Assembly (NCBI GenBank): GCA_950097015.1
Contig: CATNEN010000039.1
Coordinates: forward strand, 9,114,001-9,178,000
Direction: 5' to 3'
Length of the DNA: 64,000 nt
Source: Macrostomum hystrix
Taxonomy: Eukaryota; Animalia; Platyhelminthes
The notes under the pieces were generated by a model, which saw only the letters and a list, made by a program, of their open reading frames with translations, had not been told where the DNA came from and did no database searches. Shown piece by piece: positions 59,133 through 64,000 of this stretch (positions are counted from its first letter, which is position 1; each line of letters starts with the position of its first letter). Made by a program: the position numbers and the translations under genes.

Positions 59133-62100
59133 TTATATTGCTGAGCAGCACAGAACAGGGTCACCGCAGCGTCGGCTAAGGCATGTAGGAGCCAGCACAG
59201 TCTCACCTGGATCAATGTGGCTGCCAAACACGGTGAGCAGCCGAGGATTCACCCGGCAGACAATGTCCGTGGCGCGCAACAATTCTCCGTCGCTATTCCA
59301 TGCCGAGGAGCCATTAGCCGAGCCATGGCTTAAAACTCGAACAGCGAACGCGGAGACTCGCCTAACGCTGATGTCTTCAAGTTGAAATTGACTCTCCAAC
59401 GATTCCCAAGAATCGGCGCTGACGCCATCAGGCGAGAGTTTTCTAACCCAGGCCGGCCTGCAGGTGAGTCTGAGCAGGAAGTTGACAAACTGCAGCCTGC
59501 TCAGGCCGGGCACGGTGACCAGGTCCGCCCGACCGTCGGCCAGGTGGGCGAACGGCACAGCGCCGTAGGGACTCTTTGCCGAACGACAGGGCATTGTGAA
59601 GCTGGACACTGAGGCCAATCGGCTGCGTGACTGGCGCCAAGCTGAAGCGTTTCCGTTGCTAGGCAACGACGGAGCAGGCTGACGACGCACAGGAGCCAGG
59701 CAGGCGGCGGCCGGGGGGCCGAGGTCGCGAACCGCCTCGCGGGCAACGTCCGAGTTTGGAAGCGCGGAGCACACAGGACACTGACGGTGGCAGGCTAGCG
59801 GCGGACTGGAAAGGATCAGGAAAATGCCATTGGGATCCAAACTGGTGTTTAGAAGATATTGGGATCTAAACTGCTGTTTAAGGGAGATTGGGATCTAAAA
59901 TAGTGTTTAGGGGAGATTGGGATCTAAACTGCTGTTTAGGGGAGATTGGGATCTAAACTGGTGTTTAGGGGAGATTGGGATCCAAACTGGTGTTTAGAAG
60001 ATATTGGGATCTAAACTGCTGTTTAAGGGAGATTGGGATCTAAAATAGTGTTTAGGGGAGATTGGGATCTAAACTGCTGTTTAGGGGAGATTGGGATCTA
60101 AACTGGTGTTTAGGGGAGATTGGGATCTAAAATGGTGTTTAGGAGACATTGGGATCTAAACTGCTGTTTAGGGGAGATTGGGATCTAAACTGCTGTTTAG
60201 GGGAGATTGGGATCTAAAATGGTGTTTATAAGAGATTGGGATCTAAACTTGTGTTTAGGAGACATTGGGATCTAAACTTGTGTTTAGGGGAGATTGGGAT
60301 CTAAACTTGTGTTTAGGGGAGATTGGGATCTAAAATGGTGTTTAGGAGACATTGGGATCTAAACTGCTGTTTAGGGGAGATTGGGATCTAAAATGGTGTT
60401 TATAAGAGATTGGGATCTAAAATTGTGTTTATAAGAGATTGGGATCTAAACTGCTGTTTAGGGGAGATTGGGATCTAAACTGCTGTTTAGGGGAGATTGG
60501 GATCTAAACTGCTGTTTAGGGGAGATTGGGATCTAAAATGGTGTTTATAAGAGATTGGGATCCAAATTTGTGTTTAGGAGACATTGGGATCTAAACTGCT
60601 GTTTAGGGGAAATTGGGATCTAAACTGCTGTTTAGGGGAGATTGGGACCCAAATTTGTGTTTAGGGGAGATTGGGATCTAAACTGCTGTTTAGGGGAGAT
60701 TGGGATCTAAACTGCTGTTTAGGGGAGATTGGGATCTAAAATGGTGTTTATAAGAGATTAGGATCTAAAATGGTGTTTATAAGAGATTGGGATCTAAACT
60801 AGCATCTATGAGACATGGGATCTAAACTTGTATTAGGGAGACAAAATTATCTAAACAGGTGTTTAGGATTGGGATCAAACCTAGAGAATGGGAATCTAGG
60901 CACAGCTATAAGCCGAGACTGACCGCACAGGCTCGGTTTCAATAAGCGTGAGCTCCAGCAGGTGCCTTGGCAGCCGCATGAGGGTGATGGCGCCCATCAG
61001 GTCGTAGCGTGCGGGCCCCAGCCAGCGCAGAGATTCGCTGCCTTTCAACACGTCACCAAAATAGCCGTAGGACAGCAAGCCCAGGTTATAGGCCAGGAAT
61101 TCGCCAGTATGCATATCGTAGACCGAGGTGACGTCCATAGCAACACGGTTGCCAAGCAGAATGTGAACCAGCGCTGTGGTGGCATCGCTGTTGCCGTTCA
61201 CGCTGTGCACAATGGCGTCCGTGCTGCCTGAAAACAAAAAAACAATATTATCTTCCATTTTTACTTCAAGTAGACTTCTATATATGGAGTCTTAACGGCT
61301 TCATAGGCTGTCTTAGGAGGGATTTTAGCCTAGGGGTCAGAGCATCGTACTCACGACTTGAAGGTCGGAGGTTCGATTCCCGACTACACAGGAACAATTT
61401 GTGCCTTTAAAAGACACACTTTTAAGCATCTTAAAAAAGCATCAGCTGGCTAAATTGAGACTGGGTCGGGCGTCCCACTGGTCCATGGACTGAATAGCTG
61501 AGCGCAGATTTCAGATGCGCCGCGTAATAGCTGCGGCTGTGCTGTTGGTACAGTGAGAGTTTGACACTGCCAGACGACGAGAAAGTCAGGGCAGATGTAC
61601 ACAACTATGTGAGTACAGTAAATCTAAAAACTGTATAAACATTCACGTAGTCGAACGTAGTCGTAGTCCGCACAGTCTCACCGCAAGGAATCACTCCCAC
61701 TGGCTTATCGGTCGGATGCTCTACATCGAATTTGCCGTGCCCGTCGATGCCAAGATCGAGTCGACGACGCAAAAGCAGGCCGTGCACGAGTTCCGACAGG
61801 ATGCCGTCGCCGCCGATGCAGAGCACGCTGCGAGTTGCAGTGGGATTAGACAGGTGTAAAACTGTTGGACAGGGAATAAGCTCATAGACAATAAGCTCAT
61901 GGACAACAATAATTTTAAGATGTCTGTGGACAATGGCACATCACTTGGTGACACTAGACCCGCAGCCAGCGAGGAGGCATCCCCGCACACAGATACTGTA
62001 CGCAGGAATACGCTCACACAGGTGTGTAGACCTGCCCTGACTGTCTCATCGTCAGGCAGTGTGCACTCTCACTGTGTCTCGGAGGTTGGCCCTCAGAGGC

Positions 62101-63630
62101 ATAAATTGCACGACATGCCCCCAAGCCTTCACTACGCGGCTGTGCACCAAAATAATATGGCCTCACCGCGGAATCGAGCTCCGGGACCTTCGTGAGAGGC
62201 AAACGCGTTAACCACTCTGCTAATCACCCCAGAGTCTCATCTCTAAAGTTAATCTTTCGAATCTTATGGCCATTAACGAGGCAGAAATTTTGCAATCGCT
62301 TTAGTTCAACCAGCTGTACGATGGGTAAAAAAATTGCTGAAACAGTATTCTGGGTGGGTGTGTCAAGATACGATAATGCAATCAAGCAGCAGCAGAAGCA
62401 GCAGAAAAGAAGCTTACCCGTCGAACGGACTCAGGCTCTCGCGCAGCAGGTAATCCCTGGCGTGATAGCGCCGCTCGGTGCGCACGACAACGGCACGGAC
62501 TCCGCAAGCCGCCAGCCAGGGCAGCACTAGGCGATCCGAGAGGGCCACGGAGTCGCCCACGCCGCTAGCTGGATTGATGAATAACAGCACGGCTGACAGG
62601 CGCCTGCAAATATTGATGCGATCAGCCAGCTGATTAAACCATTGTGAGTGAGCGAGTGACTGGGTGGGTGAGTGAGTGAGTGAGTGAGTGAGTGTGTGTG
62701 TGTGAGGTAGTCAGTCAGTTTAATAAGAAAACAAGTAAATTTGTCTGATTAATGTGATTTAATTCGCTATACTTTTTTTAAAGAAGCACGCGCTGAAAGA
62801 ATGAGTAAATAATTCCATGTTATGGAAAATCCCAAGTGCACAGAAACTAACACAACAATTATCACGCCAGCAGTTTAAAGTACAATGGAGTGCAGCAAAA
62901 TCTAGCGCCATATTTCTAATCGTCATAACTATATTTTGATTTTTTTAACATTCATTTCATATGTAACTAAACAAGACAGCATTAGACCAGATAACAAACT
63001 TGACCTCTGCTCAAAGACTTAACAAGTCTCGGGCCAAACTCAAGTTCAACAAGGCAAAGCTGGATTGCACAATCATTTTGGTTCGGGCTAAGCGACACGA
63101 AAACCCTATCGGTCTATGCGTGATAGCAGAGCTTTAATCAGTAGGGCAAGCAGCATTTCAGGATATTGTGGCCTACCAATTGCACAGCTTAATGCTAATC
63201 CGACCCAAGGGAAGTTGTCAAGAAATCTATCCTACCTGTAGAGGCGCAGTTGTTCAAGCAGAATCTGGCAGCACTCTCCAGCCGAGCTGCCAGGCATGTC
63301 GGTGAATCTCAGCCTAGTTAGCGACCAAAGCGAGCCGCCGCTTGGCAACCTCCTAGCAACAATGAGTTCCAATGTATTTGATTTAGAATCGTCTATTGGA
63401 GTGGACGCATTGAGGACTAAACTGAGCGGCACACTGTCAGCTCTACCGCTGTCTGAAACTGTCCAAACAAGTTGTTGAACTGATGCCCGGCCTGGTTGAC
63501 CAATCACAGCGCGGCCATTGCTGCTCGACTGGCCAATCAGATGCAGCTGGCAAATGTTACCCAGATGGCGACAGTCAAAAGAGACCTCTGTGGCACTGCA
63601 AGCATTTTTTTCAGCAGCTGTGTCCAACAT
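59133..63630 (-). CDS. CERK: Ceramide kinase (DAGK catalytic domain), 5 coding exons
   Basis: Exons 63630-63236, 62603-62418, 61827-61682, 61227-60924, 59805-59133, phase-compatible. Motifs LFINPASG, CIGGDG, GVIPCGSTD, YGYFGD, LGPARYD, CxxxCxxC, AHLADG, WNSDGE. The start may extend upstream of the acceptor at 63655. Confidence 0.9.
59829..60880. repeat. 29-bp intronic minisatellite with an internal hairpin (GGGATCTAAAC-TGCT-GTTTAGGGGAGATT), ~36 copies
   Basis: Directly visible in the last CERK intron. Confidence 0.97.
61317..61615 (+). mobile_element. Composite SINE: family-2 tRNA head plus family-1 3' body
   Basis: A-box-like TAGCCTAGGGG, B-box GGTTCGATTCC, GTCCATGGACTG; 61550-61615 is the reverse complement of 62010-62075 and 14835-14885. 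Confidence 0.65.
61954..62229 (-). mobile_element. tRNA-derived SINE, family 1 (near full length)
   Basis: Colinear with 14778-15026 and 4319-4452; a tail fragment also occurs at ~46888-46915. Confidence 0.75.
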
Positions 63631-64000
63631 GCCACGAGGGACACGTCGGGAGTGCTGAAATCAATGCAATGTTTAAAATCAATTGTTAAAATTAAATTCA
63701 TAATGTTGTTAAGAACTTAAGTATTTTTAGTTACTATAATAGGAAGTACATGAAAATTCTTCGTATAAAGTTTAACAAAGATAACATAAATAGGCTTAAT
63801 ATATATTGAGTTAAAGAGTTTTCACTGGCAATTTTTATGGCTAGCAATTGCATTATAAAGATGCAAGCAAATTAAATACATTAGAGTCTACAATTTTTTA
63901 GCTGATCTCACTTTAAAGATGCTTGAAGATAGTATCCAAACAGCAAAAAATTTAATAATTTTTTAAATAATAGAACAACATTTCTAGGAAAATAATGATA

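Noticed and set aside
56349-60880. 29-46-bp repeats with internal palindromes as CRISPR arrays
   Set aside because: Units are head-to-tail with no unique spacers, there are no cas genes, and the context is eukaryotic.
61317-61390. Genuine tRNA gene
   Set aside because: A/B boxes are present, but there is no acceptor stem or T-run terminator, and it continues into sequence shared with dispersed SINE copies.

Overview
Eukaryotic, intron-containing animal genomic DNA. The GC-rich CAG/polyQ-laden exons, AT-rich spacers, a different minisatellite in most long introns and an animal USP gene suggest a flatworm such as Macrostomum (inference only). Seven conserved protein genes could be reconstructed by hand with GT-AG junctions: an agrin-like follistatin/Kazal secreted protein (+), TTC28 (TPR+CHAT, -), a universal stress protein (+), NCBP3 (+, single coding exon), RAB29/RAB7L1 (+), a CCDC154-like coiled-coil protein (-) and ceramide kinase (-). 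The most striking accessory feature is a 4,176-bp DNA-transposon-like element (41758-45933). It has CCCGGTTGAAAAA terminal inverted repeats, a 3-bp AAT target-site duplication and large inverted subterminal arrays of a GGCCCGCT motif. It encodes no recognisable transposase but carries an intact coiled-coil + BEN-domain-like ORF. Other points: a small secreted prepropeptide gene missed by the ORF track (46440-46657), a likely alternative first coding exon of TTC28, a 2.8-kb hairpin-rich unexplained intronic insert, MITEs, tRNA-derived SINEs (two inverted around a CERK exon) and about 20 distinct minisatellites, many carrying splice-signal motifs. All family calls rest on remembered motifs; no searches were run.
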